From: Phoronis australis
Lineage: Eukaryota > Animalia > Phoronida
Reading direction: 5' to 3'
Assembly (NCBI GenBank): GCA_002633005.1
Contig: NMRA01000127.1
Location: forward strand, 829,253-893,252
DNA: 64,000 bases
The translations under genes and the position numbers were made by a program. The notes under the pieces are model-generated. The model searched no databases. It was not told the DNA's origin and saw nothing but the letters and a program-made list of their open reading frames with translations. This document shows positions 39,355 through 52,387 of the stretch, piece after piece (the stretch's first letter is position 1; every line of letters begins with the position of its first letter).

Positions 39355-40315
39355 GTGTGTATAACTATTGAAATGAGTGGAATGCAGTTTGATGCTGTAA
39401 CATTTGGACTACTGATTGGATGACAAAACTGTCATAGACCACCTTTCCTTTCTTTTTAGCAATTCAAAGGACACGAAACACTAATCGAAAGATATTGTCA
39501 CCCTAGGAGGAAAACGACCTGTATGCCTAAGTATATGCTATTTGTTATTGATTTGTTGTGTGCAAGCAGGGCTCGACTCGTGGTTGATTTATTTTGAACA
39601 ATTTTTTAATTTTTTTATTTCTCACCTCGGGACGGCTGCACCTTCGTTGCTGGTTGTGAATTTGTGACTACTGTGATGACCTTAGTAAGCTTAAGTATAT
39701 ACGTTTTATTATCGGATTATTGCGTTCAAGCGGTGCAGGACTTATGTCGAATATAAATTTATTTCTCACCTCATTTGAGACTACTGTGGTGACCCTAGGA
39801 AGCCTGAAGTAAGATGTGGAATGCTTTTAAAAAGAAGATACGAAAAGATATGATGGAACTTTTCAAAAATTTATCTCCTGCCGTGTGCCAACGATACGGT
39901 AACATTGTTGCTACAACAAGTTAGTTATCAACCTCTTGGCGTGATAAGAAACTGAGTGACTGATAAACATAATGCAGTATTAGTGGCTGTTTCAAAAGAG
40001 AAAACGACAACGACAAACTATTGCTTGTGAATTTGCTTGATGATTATTTTTATAGAAATTTTAAACGCTATGTGTTGTATTAGCTTATACTTTATGAGTG
40101 TATATGAATATCAAAATACATGTATATATAAAGTAAAGAAAAAAAAACTGTTGTTTTCTAAAACCTTAGCATTAAACTTAACATTAAACTGTAAAACAAT
40201 AAAACATTTTAATCAGTTGTTTATAGCATCTTGTTAAAGCAGTGAATTGTCATGAAGTATATCTTAATTAACATACAAGTTCTCGCTGTGGGCTGCGTTG
40301 GACAGTTAGGACAGA

Positions 40316-41575
40316 ATGGAGTCTGCGATCAATTGTATCCAGTCCTTTGTGTATCAGGAATTCTCTGTGCAATCGCAGGTAGGCAACTATATAAACGCAA
40401 TTTGTTCACATTAACAATCGACCGCGAGTGAAAAAAGACGACAAAATTGAGAACATCTCGAAAATAGCATCCTTTTGTCAGTTGTGTAAATTTGCCTGGT
40501 TTCTATACAAGCGCTTGTTGTGTGATAATGATGGAGATGATGTCCGGGAAGTGCTCTACTTCATTAGAAGTTCCACTCGAATAGTGACCAATCGTGTGTC
40601 AGGCTTGACTTGAACTCAGAATCTTTACCCAATATTACGGTCAGTGTTTGTGTAGAGACGGGTCGAGTGCCCGATAAAATTTGGTGGTAACGTTCGATGT
40701 GTGTGTGAAAGATAAAAGGGAATAAGAATGCATTCTATGAACATTGCTTCTGACAATTTCTCATACATTCCATTTTCCAACTTTAAGCAGAAGCAACTTC
40801 AGAACAACAGAATGAAACAACGGTGCAACACCCAACAACAACCCAACTCGCACCAACACCTGTTGAACCGAGTAGCACCACAATGCTGGTGACTACAACA
40901 CCTCCACCGTCACAACCAACAACCTCGACGATGCCAACACCAAAACATCTCACATTATCCGTTTTACAAGAGATTGTGTCATTAACAAATGTCGAAACAC
41001 CTTCAGAAACACTGACGTCAGCAGCTGCAGCAGATTCATTGACAAGCCAGAAGACCACATCACGAGGACCAGAGGCAACTGCACAAACCGCATGGACAAG
41101 AATGATTTCAAGCACAACATATCAAACATCAGCCCACGTGAGATCAACAACAGCAACAGCAGCAACAGCCACAAGATCACCAACATTGGCGCCAACAGAT
41201 TTATCAATTAGCACGACAACGACATCAAATGTAACATATCAAACATCGGCGCGCGTGACAACAACAACAGCAACGATAACAGCAAAACCAGCAACATCTA
41301 CAACAGCCATCAGAACAACAACATTGGCACCAGCAGATTTATCAATAAGCGCAATGTCTACAGAAAGCGCGCGTACAACGACATCAAATAAAACAGGACA
41401 AAACGATGGGATTTCTAGCTCTGGTAATTTGGATGGTGGTGAACTAGCTGCAGTCATCACCGTAAGTTCAATTGTCTTCATCGCTCTGGCGTCTGGCTTA
41501 GTTCTGTTAGTGGTCAGAAAAACATGTCACCGCCGGCGACCAACAATAACAGTGGCACATGTTGAAGAAGGATGA
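40316..41575 (+). pseudogene. Gene B, unit 2: main exon (40788-41575) intact but signal exon (40316-40378) carries a 5-bp frameshifting insertion
   Basis: TGTATCCAGTCCTTTGTG versus TGTATCCTTTGTG in unit 3 makes the exon 63 nt (phase 0) instead of 58 nt (phase 1). The downstream Thr-rich + TM ORF is open. Confidence 0.6.
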
Positions 41576-44357
41576 GAGTTGGTTTAAATAATTGACACCT
41601 GCTTAGATCCCATGCCTGAAAATAAAGCGAGATATCGGCAAACATAAATTACTTTATTTCTGTTTCTGTTGACAAAGGAAGTTATTACATCCGAAAATTT
41701 CAAATTTCAGTTGATCCATTTTTGTTGATTTATTTACCAATTTATATTCTACATTTCGTGAAACAATAGTATCCTTGGGAGGATCTGGATCGCCTTATTT
41801 AGTTCCAGATTTATTTTCTACGATATTTATATAAAATCACTCATTCCTTGACGTGATAGGAGTACACTTCTGTTGCCAACAAGTACATCTGCAGCTATTG
41901 AAGAAAACGATTCAGACTGGAGATGGCCTTGGCCACCACTTCTGAGTGACGGCCAACCTTAAAACCGTGCACTCAAAATGGCGCATGGTAACGGAATGGA
42001 ATCCTATTACTGTAAAGAGTATTATGAAGCAGGCTGAATGACAGTGAAAGGCCTACTCCCACTTTAAGTTTAAGAAATCGAATCAGGACAAAATTGAGGT
42101 TTAATCAAAGGAGTGGTAACTGAAAAATTGGCGGAACCCTTACCACAGGAGCCAAACTATTGCTACGACTCTCAACAAAATACTATACACACAACGCCAA
42201 ACTTAGCACGGACAGTTTTTAGTATAAATATCAGTGTTAGATGGTAAGTGTATAGTTTAACCTCCGCGTTAATGGTTCGTTGTGCGCGATAACACTTCTT
42301 GTGGTGCGTTGGTTTGGGGAGAGCTGTAAGAGTTCCGCTCCGTGGTAAGTGTACTGTTACTCGTGGTAAGGACCAGAATGCTTAGATCAGTAGGTTCAAA
42401 GCAAATAGTTGTAGCTTACAACTTTTGTGATTGATTAATACTCTACAAGAAAGAACACCTCGAACGGCCAGGTCGGACTCTTAAGATTGAGATAAATACA
42501 TAATGTTCGAAAAATCATAAAGTTTCTTTTATTGGTGTATGTCGGACCGTATTTTGAAAAACGGTTTTGTTGTGAGTGAGTTATAAACTACTACTAGGCG
42601 ATGATTTGCTTTTCCTCCTGATTTCTAAGAAATTTAAATAATGGAAATATTTTATACATATTTGAGTTCACTGGAAAATTTCTGGCCATTTTGGGCTTTA
42701 TGTGCTACGGTGACAAACATGGTTTCAAGAAAAACTCTAGCCAGGAAACGAAAGTCCGAAAATAGATGCTTTAAGTAGCGGCTCATAGTTACAGAAGTAT
42801 TCTCCCACAAACGTATCCCATGTCACTATAAGAATGATTTCCAACAGTAAAGGTTTTATTGAAGAGTCACTTGACATGACGCCGTTGATTACAGGTTGAG
42901 AGATGGAAATCATTTGATGACGGTTGGGATAGGTTTCAAATTTTCATCATTTTGTGCCTTAGTAACCAACTGTATTTGAGGGAAACTGGTTAGTATAAAG
43001 GGATGCACCTGAAAGAGGATAATCTTCAGTAGTTCATACTGGTACAAAAAATTCAGAGTATTTCTTAGTTAAGATCAACTAATGTTTATACCAGTGTGAT
43101 CTGCTAAAAAACACAGTCCTCCTATCATTTCAAATTCAAATTATGTTTTAGAAACCAGGAACTCGGACTGAGAAATCCAGTAGTTTTCTGTTTGTCGTTT
43201 TCATGAAACCGTGTTTTCTCACCGAAGAAAAAAGTTCTAAAATATCTATTAAAATGTCTTAATGAACACATTTCTCAGTTTCTCTGAAACCAGTAGTGAA
43301 AAACGAATGACACAGATACCGTCTCAATGCCTGGCAAAAGGTTGATACCGGTAGATAATAAGTTCACCATGTGATTAACGATGGGATGAAACGATGGGGC
43401 ATGACTTTAATAAATAGCTATTAACAAGATACCTGTGTAATTAGGACGTATTTGACATGTGAAGATCTCGATAACAAGTTACTTATTTGTATAACAGAGT
43501 GGTTTCTTGCCGAAATGCTAGATAAAATGGTTGTTTACATGTATAGGCAGGTAAAGCCGATTCGATAATGTAACATTTTTGTTACAGGAGCGTATGTGTG
43601 TTCTGGCCCATTAGGTTTATTTTGACTCACTAAGTTCCATTTGGAACATTATGTCATTTTCTAACCATTATGTCGTTTTTTGACCATTTTGCTTATTTGA
43701 TCTATTTTTACCCTTTTAATGAAATTTCTCCCATAAAGTTGGTTTTGATGTATTGTTTTATTGTTAAATATATTTTTTACATCTCCAACGGCCATTCATT
43801 ACGTTTGGAATGATTGCATTGAAAAGGATCGTGGGTGTGGGGGTCTTGACACATCATGTTTTCTTGACACATTTATGTCCACTGAAGTAATTTTTGCCTT
43901 TAAATGATTTTCATTGATTAAGTTTGTTTTGGTCCTTAATCTTACTGTTGAAAATAATTACTATTTCACTATTATGGATTACCTTGGCGGTTAACTCCGT
44001 TTTAATCAATTATGCAGAAATGGACGTAGTGGTTCAAAACGCACACAATGGATAAAGCGGACATAATGGGTCAAAACCCTCCCGATCATTGTGTCCATTG
44101 CATTATAAATGGATTGAAGAACGTTTCAATGAACGTTGATGAAATATTGATTACCTTCATCACTACGCAAATGGATCAAATCCGATTAAAGGATTGGAAA
44201 TTGATTTAAGGGATTAAAATGGATCTATGGAGCGAAAGAGGACATGAAGAGTCAAAATGGACATCACGGTATAAAATGGACGTAATAGGTGAAATTGACA
44301 TAATTGATCAAAGTGAAACGGATGGGTTAAAATGGTCATAATGGTTGCAATTGTCAT

Positions 44358-45305
44358 AACGAGCAACGCGGAGCGTTGAAATGCGCCCACGAATGCATCG
44401 CAATTGGTGTGTTTTTAGGGTTATTTACTGAATCATAAAAATGCCACTAGATGGCGCAAACACGTACAATCCATCCAAAAACGGGAACATCCCATATTTC
44501 ATAAAAATCTGTCAAGGTACTTCAGAGAAACAAAGGAAAACAGAACAAAATGAAATTGCCACATGTGGGAACAGCGTTCGTTTCGTCCGCCTACAAGACG
44601 TCTGTTATCTTCATATAAATTTCCCTACTAAATTTAATAAAGATCCTGCAGTGGGTTTTAGAGATAAAGCTATGGGCACAAAACAAACCAAACTACCACT
44701 AGGAGGCACCACAGAGTCAGGCGCCATAATGAAACGTCCTCTTCACACTGAAAACATATACGCCAATTTTCAAAACCATCCATAGAATGATTTGGTTGAT
44801 CGAGGGGTGGACGGCAAAAACAAGATTTGAAAGCAGCAAAAATGGCCACCAGGTAACGCAAAATACCTCGATGCCATCCAAAAACAGGATGATAGCGTCA
44901 TCTCACCAATAGATTTCTATATTCAAAATCTGATGCGGACCTATGAAGATACAGACTGGCAAACATAAAAAACTAAAAATTGCCACTAGGGGGCACACCA
45001 GTAGTCAGATCCGTCCGAAAGTCGTCGTCGTCCATTGTCAACATCCTATAAATACACTTGCTAAATTAAGTAAAGATCCTGCAAACGGTTTAATAGTTAC
45101 AGCCATGAGCACAAAAAACAAAACTGCCACTAGGAAGCGCCACAGTAGTCGAACTCGTCGGAAAATCATCGTCAGCCGTCCACTTTATAGTAAAGACATA
45201 CATGCCAATTTTCACAATTATCCTGAAAGCGGTTTGGTTGATAGATGAGTGGACGCCTAAAAACAGTCTCGAAAACTGTAAAAATGGCTACTAGGTGGCG
45301 CAAAC
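44358..45305 (-). mobile_element. 5'-truncated HINE/Helentron-type element in reverse orientation
   Basis: Reverse complement of the 3' part of 57333-59052 (hairpin CAACGC..GCGTTG, subTIR ATGCGCCCAC). Absent from the paralogous position in unit 3. Confidence 0.85.
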
Positions 45306-45449
45306 TAGGTCGAGATTTTCCTGATTAAAATTAGGACACTTAAAAATACACTACAAATCGGTAACTACAGGTATCGGGGCTTAACTCTTTTAGTGAAGAG
45401 ACAACCAACAAAGACAACTGGAATCATATAATGCAGGCAATGAGCCTTT

Positions 45450-45850
45450 AATTCCATAGTTCCCTCACCGATTAACGATGGGTACCGCAGACTGCTCTCT
45501 AATGCCGTTCATCTGGCAGACATGCGAGTCGGAGAGGTATGGTAATAAAACAATAATTTAATGAGGTTGGTTAGCCATGCAGTGTTGAAAGCACACTTTG
45601 GAACGAAGCTGAGTTCTTATAATTTTTATATAAAGAGCGTGTTCGTCAAACCAAAACATAGAAAATGGATGAACATGTGGTTGTTGTGACTGCCGAATTA
45701 TCCAAGAGCAGGTATTCTAATATTTACTTTCATGACCCTCTGGACGTGTTGTCACTTATGTTGTTTTGATTTGATGCGACGTTACCTTGGGCATGCGCAT
45801 TAGAGCGCAATCTGCAGTACCCATCGTTAATCCGTGAGTGAGCTGTTTAA
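45450..45850. mobile_element. MITE with ~50-bp TIRs; duplicated with the cassette at 55510-55908
   Basis: CTCACCGATTAACGATGGGTACCGCAG ... CTGCAGTACCCATCGTTAATCCGTGAG inverted repeat. Confidence 0.8.
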
Positions 45851-46275
45851 TTTTAGGTATATTGCCTACATCAGTAGCTTCCACTTGTCGTTAATGGTTA
45901 TGCCTTCACGAAACAAACATTAGGTTAAGCATCAGAACCCGCAATTGCCGATTTCAAGTGTATATTTAACGGCCATATTGCATCACTCAAGTCCTGATGA
46001 CTGCATCCTCGCGATTGCAAACGCCCCACCTATCACCTATGGCGGACGTGGTGGGATCACTACAAATATGGCGCCGGAATCTGGAGGACGGAGGTGGGGG
46101 ATGGCAGGTGGTTGCGATAGGCAGGGGGAAGTTTGGCAAAGTCGAATTGGTTTGCACCCCTAATAGTTTCTGCCTTCCTACGGGCCTGAAATAAGGACCG
46201 GTCCTATGAATGCGTGACACAATTTCACGCATCAATTACGTATCCAAAATGACAATCACAAGAGCGTCACAGCTG

Positions 46276-47471
46276 ATGACGTCACCTGTAGACAAGTACA
46301 CAGTTGAAACTTTTCCCGGTTACAAAGTGGTACATTTAAACGCAATGGAGAGAGAAAGTGCTTTATATTTTGTCAAACAACTGAAAATTCGTAAACAGTA
46401 AGTAGTATTCCAAAGGCCAATCTGGCATAAACTTTCTTACTTATCATAAAAACTAGTATAGGAAGAGCGTTGGCATATCTAATCTGTTACTCCTTTCCTC
46501 GTTCTTGCAAACTTGGTAAAGTATGATTCTTTGTATCACTTTAGGGTTAATAGACAGGCTGCAAATTGTCTGAAAAAGATGACTAAGCACTGCACCAAAG
46601 ACGCTGAAAATGTGGAAAATGCCGAAAAACGTGAGTATCTTTGCTGAGGAAAACGAATTCATCTTCTTGATTCAGTCCGCCACAAATCATACGGTAAATC
46701 AATTTTTACCGTAAAACGTTCAAATTATAATGAAGTGATAGATTGCTAGGGTCTGCCGTGGTGATTTCACGTCTTTAACCAAAATATTACGGTGTATATC
46801 AATTAAACACCGTTAGGACTCCTTTTTGAACACTCGTTTAAGATCCAGCTTTCTAGTGATCAATGGCCGCTTGCATGAAACAGTCCCTTTTGGGGACTCG
46901 CCTAAGTTCCCTGAATGTTTTGCATAATTGTTTCGTTCATAGCTCGTATATGTACTGTTTTCTATCATTTTATATTTGTTACGAGCTCCTCTTTGACTGA
47001 AAACTGAGGCCTTAATTCAATCAAAACAATTAGGGACTTAGTCCTGAAATTAGGGGCGTTGCATGAAAAAATCCTTACTTACTTACTTTCAATAACAGGG
47101 AGAATTCGACGTAGAGTTCACTCTCGATTTGGCCTAGTAATGATACCCAAACAGCTTAAGAAAGGAAAATCAGAGTATTCATAAGCCCACAAGTATACAG
47201 TAGATTTAGGGAACTTGGTTGAGTCCCTATTTGGGACTGTTTCATGCAACCGGGCACAAGTCTCCTATGTTCCTCCTCAAATAGCCTCATCCACCGCATA
47301 CGTCTTAGCTCATGATTTGTTTGAAGCTTTTCATCGAACTTGTACAAAGGAAATTTATAGTAGCGTCGTGAAAAAAATCACTATGTAAGAATGGCGTGGC
47401 GCAAGAAATCCATTCTTGCCGTTTTGTTTTGATCATTGCAGGTTTTCCTACAGACTCTGAGCTGTTTATAT
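46276..47471 (+). pseudogene. Gene C, unit 2: 3'-truncated paralog (exons 1, 2 and start of exon 3)
   Basis: MTSPVDKYTVETFPGYKVVHLNAMERESALYFVKQLKIRKQ|GTAAGT; exon 2 at ~46544-46630; exon 3 homology stops after GTTTTCCTACAGACTCTGA (47460), followed by a stop. Confidence 0.8.
46865..47255. mobile_element. MITE (PIF/Harbinger-like TIR) in intron 2 of the C paralog
   Basis: GGCCGCTTGCATGAAACAGTCCC ... GGGACTGTTTCATGCAACCGGGC; absent from the unit-1 intron near 19075. Confidence 0.8.
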
Positions 47472-47636
47472 GACACAGTGACACACACTGTTACTGTACA
47501 AACTTTCACTACTTCTTTGTTGTTCACGTTGTTACCAAGTAGGTGCTTATGCAAGTGGCACACAGGATTTAGTTTTAGCAGACTAGACCGTTTTACCCTA
47601 ACCGCGCTTCTTGCCACAGCCTACCGGTCCTTGCTC

Positions 47637-47970
47637 CATGTATGTATGTATGTATGCATTGATGAATGTAAGTATATACCGGGGTATGCATGTATGCATA
47701 GATGTATGCATTGATGTATAAGCGTATGCATGTGCATGAATTGATGTATGGATGAATGCAAGGATGTATGTGTGTATGCATTGATGTATTCACGTGCATA
47801 CGTTGCTGTAAGCACATAATGCACTGACAGATGCATACACGTGCATACATTGACAGATGCATGCATTGATGTAAGCACTTGCATGCATTGCTGTAAGTGC
47901 TTGCATGCATTGCTGTGTATATGCGTTGACATACGTATGCATTATATGTATGCATGCATTGGTGTATGTA
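47637..47970. repeat. Degenerate (TGTA/TGCA)n low-complexity repeat
   Basis: Seen directly; lies near the unit 2/unit 3 junction. Confidence 0.85.
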
Positions 47971-48038
47971 ATGATTGGCTAATGCATTCTTGAAATTGTC
48001 TGATTTAAATAGCGAACGAGGTTTATCTCAAGTAGCTG

Positions 48039-48707
48039 ATGATAATTCTTGAATTTCCATACATTATTACCTTCTTATTTGCTCATAGAGTAGCAGTTGC
48101 AAGGCCATTGGGGTTGCTGTTGATTGTACTATCAAGCGTGCCAACCGAACCACTGTCAATAACCACCGTGGACAGTGGCGTTCTCAATTCTACAGCCACA
48201 GTAACAACTGAACAGCTGTCAACAACCAGTGTGAACAGTGCCGTTGATCTTCCTACATCCACAATGATGAGTGAACTAAATTTAACAACCAGTGCTGTCA
48301 ATACAACTACTAGTGTTATTCCTACGGAATCAACTGTTGCAGTCTCAACAACCAATGATGCCAGAACAACTGCGACATCAGGCGGGTCCTTTACAACAAG
48401 AAGCCACTCTGTAATACAAACTTCAACAAACCTTCCCAAAACAACAACAACACATGCAACACTCGCCACCATTCCACCACCGGATCCCCCAGCAGGTCTG
48501 AGCGGAGGTGAGATAGCAGCCATCAGTGTTTGCAGTGCGCTGGCGGGAATTGCGCTTGTAGCCTGTGTAATCGTCATTTTTGTCAAAAAGCCGTGTTGCA
48601 AGACCGGCGTGTCTCCGGAACCTGGAAATAAACAGGAAAACTTGTTTCGATTGCGAGATCATGAAAAAAATAAAAAGACAAGTCATCCGGAAGCAGAAAA
48701 GGTGTAG
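48039..48707 (+). CDS. Gene A, unit 3: short mucin-like type I membrane protein (possible extra last exon 48816-48893)
   Basis: 222-aa ORF with hydrophobic N-terminus, S/T-rich stalk, TM GLSGGEIAAISVCSALAGIALVACVIVIFV and KKPCCK tail. A phase-0 donor at 48702 and acceptor at 48815 would give FKGHESRQSKDVVFIGANQPVGLCM*. Confidence 0.8.
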   Translation: MIILEFPYIITFLFAHRVAVARPLGLLLIVLSSVPTEPLSITTVDSGVLNSTATVTTEQLSTTSVNSAVDLPTSTMMSELNLTTSAVNTTTSVIPTESTVAVSTTNDARTTATSGGSFTTRSHSVIQTSTNLPKTTTTHATLATIPPPDPPAGLSGGEIAAISVCSALAGIALVACVIVIFVKKPCCKTGVSPEPGNKQENLFRLRDHEKNKKTSHPEAEKV

Positions 48708-49539
48708 TTGTGTCTACTACTGAAATGAGTTGAATGCAGTTTGATGTTGTAACATTTGGACTCCGGATTGGATGACAAAATTTGCATAGACAACCTTTCC
48801 TTTCTTTTTTATCAGTTTAAAGGACACGAGTCTCGCCAATCAAAAGATGTTGTCTTCATAGGAGCAAACCAGCCTGTAGGCCTATGTATGTAACTGTATT
48901 ACTGAAATGTTGTATTCGAGCGGTGCTTGACTCATGGAGGACTTAAGTCGAACATGAATTTATTTCTCACCTCGGGCTCGGGTTGGCCGTTGCTGGTTGT
49001 GAATTTGTGACTACTGTTGTGACCTTAGGAAATTTGGAGTAAGATGTTGAACGATTTCGAAAAGAAGATACAAACAGATATGATGGAGCCCTTTAAAAAA
49101 TTATCTCCTGCTGTATGCCAACTTTATGGTAACACGGTTGCTACAACAACTGACTTATCAACCTCTTAGACCGTGATAAGTAATTGAGTGACTGATAAAC
49201 GTAGACAGTATATTAACGGGTGTTTCAAAAGAGAAAATGACAACGACAAAATATTGCTTGTGAGTTTGGTGCATGATCTTTTTTATAGAAATTTTAAGAG
49301 CTATGTGTTGCATCAGGTTATACTTTATAAGTGTACATATCAAAATACATGTAGATGTAACATAAAGAAACAAAACAAATTGTTGATCTCTAAAACATTA
49401 GTAAACATTGGACTGTAAAACAATAAAACATTTTAAACAGTTGTTTATAACATCTTATTAAGGTCGTGAATTGTCATAAAGTATATCTTAATTATCATAA
49501 AAGTTCTCGTTGAACGCTGCGTTAGACAGATAGGACAGA

Positions 49540-50844
49540 ATGGAGTCTGCGATCAGGTGTATCCTTTGTGTATCAGGAATTCTTATTGCAATCACAGGTA
49601 GGCAACCATTTAAACGCAATTTGGTCACCTTAGCAATCTACCGCGAGTGAAAAAAGACGACAAAATTAGGAACATCTCGAAAATAACATGCTTTTGTCAG
49701 TTGTGTAAATTCGCACCATTTCTTTACAAGCGCTTGTTGTGTGATGTTGATGGAGATGACGTCCCGGGATCACTCAATTTCATTAAAAGCTCCACTCGAA
49801 TAGTGACCAATCGTTTTCCATGCTTGACTTGAATTCAGAATCTTTACCCAACAATACGGTCAGTATTTAAATATTGAGACGGGTCGAGTGCCGGGTAAAA
49901 TTTGGCGGTCACGTTCGACGAGTATCTGAAAAAGAGCAGAGACTGTGAGTGCATGGAGCAAACGTAGTTACACGTTCTATGTACATTGCTTGTGACAATT
50001 TCTCATACACTTCATTTTCCAACTTTAAGCAGAAGCAACTTCAGGACAACAGAATGAAACAACGGTGCAACACCTAACACCAACCCATGTCGCACCAACA
50101 CCCGTGGAAGTAAGTAGCACCAATATGCTGGTGCCTACAATACTTCCTCCGCCACAACCAACAACCTCGACGATGCTAACACCAACACATCCAACAACAT
50201 CAGTTTTGCAAGAGATGGTGTCAGTAACAACTGTTGAAGCACCTTCAGAACAACTGACGTCAACAGCTGCAGCAGATTCATTGACAAGCCAGGATACCAC
50301 ATCGCGAGGACCAGAGATAACTTCACAAAGCGCATGGACAAGAATGATTTCAGGCTCAACAGATCAAACATCAGCCCACGTGACAACAACAGCACCAACG
50401 ATAACAGCAACAGCAGCAATAGCAGCAACATCTGCAACAGCCACAAGATCACCAACATTGACGCCAACAGATTTATCAATTAGCACGACAACAACATCAA
50501 ATATAACAGAACAAACATCGGCGCGCGTGGCAACAGCAACAACGATAAAAGCAAAAACATCAACATTTACAACTGGCATGAGACCAACAACATTGGCACC
50601 AACAGATTTATCAATAAGCGCAATGACTACAGAAAATGCTCGGACAACGACATCAAATAAAACAGGACAAAACGATGGGATTTCTAGCTCTGGTAATTTG
50701 GATGGTGGTGAACTAGCTGCAGTCATCGCCGTAAGTTCAATTGCTTTCATCGCTCTGGCGTCTGGCTTAGTTCTGTTAGTGGTCAGAAAAACATGTCAGC
50801 GCCGGCGACCAACAATAACAGTGGCACATGTTGAGGAAGGATGA
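49540..50844 (+). CDS. Gene B, unit 3: intact two-exon mucin-like type I membrane protein (exons 49540-49597, 50030-50844)
   Basis: Signal exon MESAIRCILCVSGILIAIT (phase 1, CAG|GTAGGC) splices in frame to AEATSGQQNETTVQH..., a Thr-rich stalk, TM LDGGELAAVIAVSSIAFIALASGLVLLVV and RKTCQRRR stop-transfer. Confidence 0.85.
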
Positions 50845-52387
50845 TAGGACAGAATTGGTTTAAATAATTACCAAATTGACACCTGTTTAGAGCCCATAAC
50901 TGAAAATAAAACGAGATATCTGCAAACATAAATTACATATTTATATAAAATCGGGTTGGCATTTAACTCCTATAAAATCGCTCTCATAACATTCCTTGAC
51001 GTGATAGGAGTATACTTCTGTTACCAACAAGGACATCTTCAGCTACTGAAGAAAACGCTTCAGACTGAAGTTGGCCTTGGACCACTTCTGAGTGATGGCC
51101 AACCTTAAAAACCATGCCTTAAAAATGACGCATACGCACGTGATTTGAGTTGGTAACGGAAATGGAACACTATTACGGCAAAGAATATTATGAAGCAGGC
51201 TGAATGACAGCGAAAGGCCTACTGCCACTTTAATTTTTAGAAAGCGAAACAGGGCGAAATTCAGCTTTAATCAAAGGAGTGGTAATTGAAAAATTGGCGG
51301 AACTCTTACCACAGGAGCCAAACTAATGCTACGACTCTACCACTAGTGGATGATTTGCTTTTTCCTCCGGATTTCTTAGAAATTTAAATAATGGAAATAT
51401 TTTATACATATTTGAGTTCTTTGGAAAAGTTCTGGCGATTTTGGGATTTATATGATACGGTGAAAAAACACGGTTTCAAGAAAAAATCTAGCCAGGAAAC
51501 GAAAGTCCGAAAATAAATGCATTAAGGAGCGGTTCATAGTTACAGAAGTATTCAGGCGATACACTCCCACAAACGTATCCCCTGTCATGATAAGAACTGA
51601 TTTCCAACAGTAACGGTTTTATTGAAGAGTCACTTGACATGACGCCCTGGATGACAGGTTGAGGGATTGAAATCATTTTATGACGGTTTAGATAAGTTTT
51701 AAATTTTCATCATTTTGTGCCTTAGTAAACTGCTTTATGTCAGGGTGGCTGGCTAGTATAAAGGGATATACCTGATAGAGGAGAACGTTCAGTGGTTCAT
51801 ACTGGTACAAAAAATTCTGAGTATTCCTTAGTCATGATCAAATAATGTTTATAACAGTGTGATCTGCTGAAAGACACAGTCCCCCTATCATTTCAAATTC
51901 AAGCCATGTTTTAGAAAAGGTACCATAAGCTCAGACTGAGTAGTTCAGTAATTTTTTGGTTCTCATGAAACCGTGTTTTCTCACCGAAGAGCAAAAATTA
52001 TAAGACATTTATCAAATTGTCTTACTGAACACATTTCTCAGTTTCTCTGAAACCAGTGGCGAAAAACGAATGACACAGATACGGTTTCAATGCCTGACAA
52101 AAAAGGATGATACCGGAAGAAAATAACCCGCCACGGTGTATAATTTCACCATGTGATTAAGATGGGATGTTGCCAGGAAACAGTATTTTAGTGGAGCATG
52201 ACCCCAATAAATAGCTACTTGCAAAATACCTGTGTAACGTATTTGACATGTGAAGACCTCAATAACAAGTTATTTACTTGTATAACATAGTGGTTTCCTG
52301 CCGAAGTGCTAGATAAAATGATTGTTTACATGTATAGGCAGGTAAAGCCGATTCGATACTGTAACATTTTTGTTACAGGAGTGTATG

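Noticed and set aside
40428-40613. Conserved 61-aa ORF repeated at 49647-49832
   Set aside because: GTG start, lies inside the gene B intron, and the conservation is explained by the segmental duplication.
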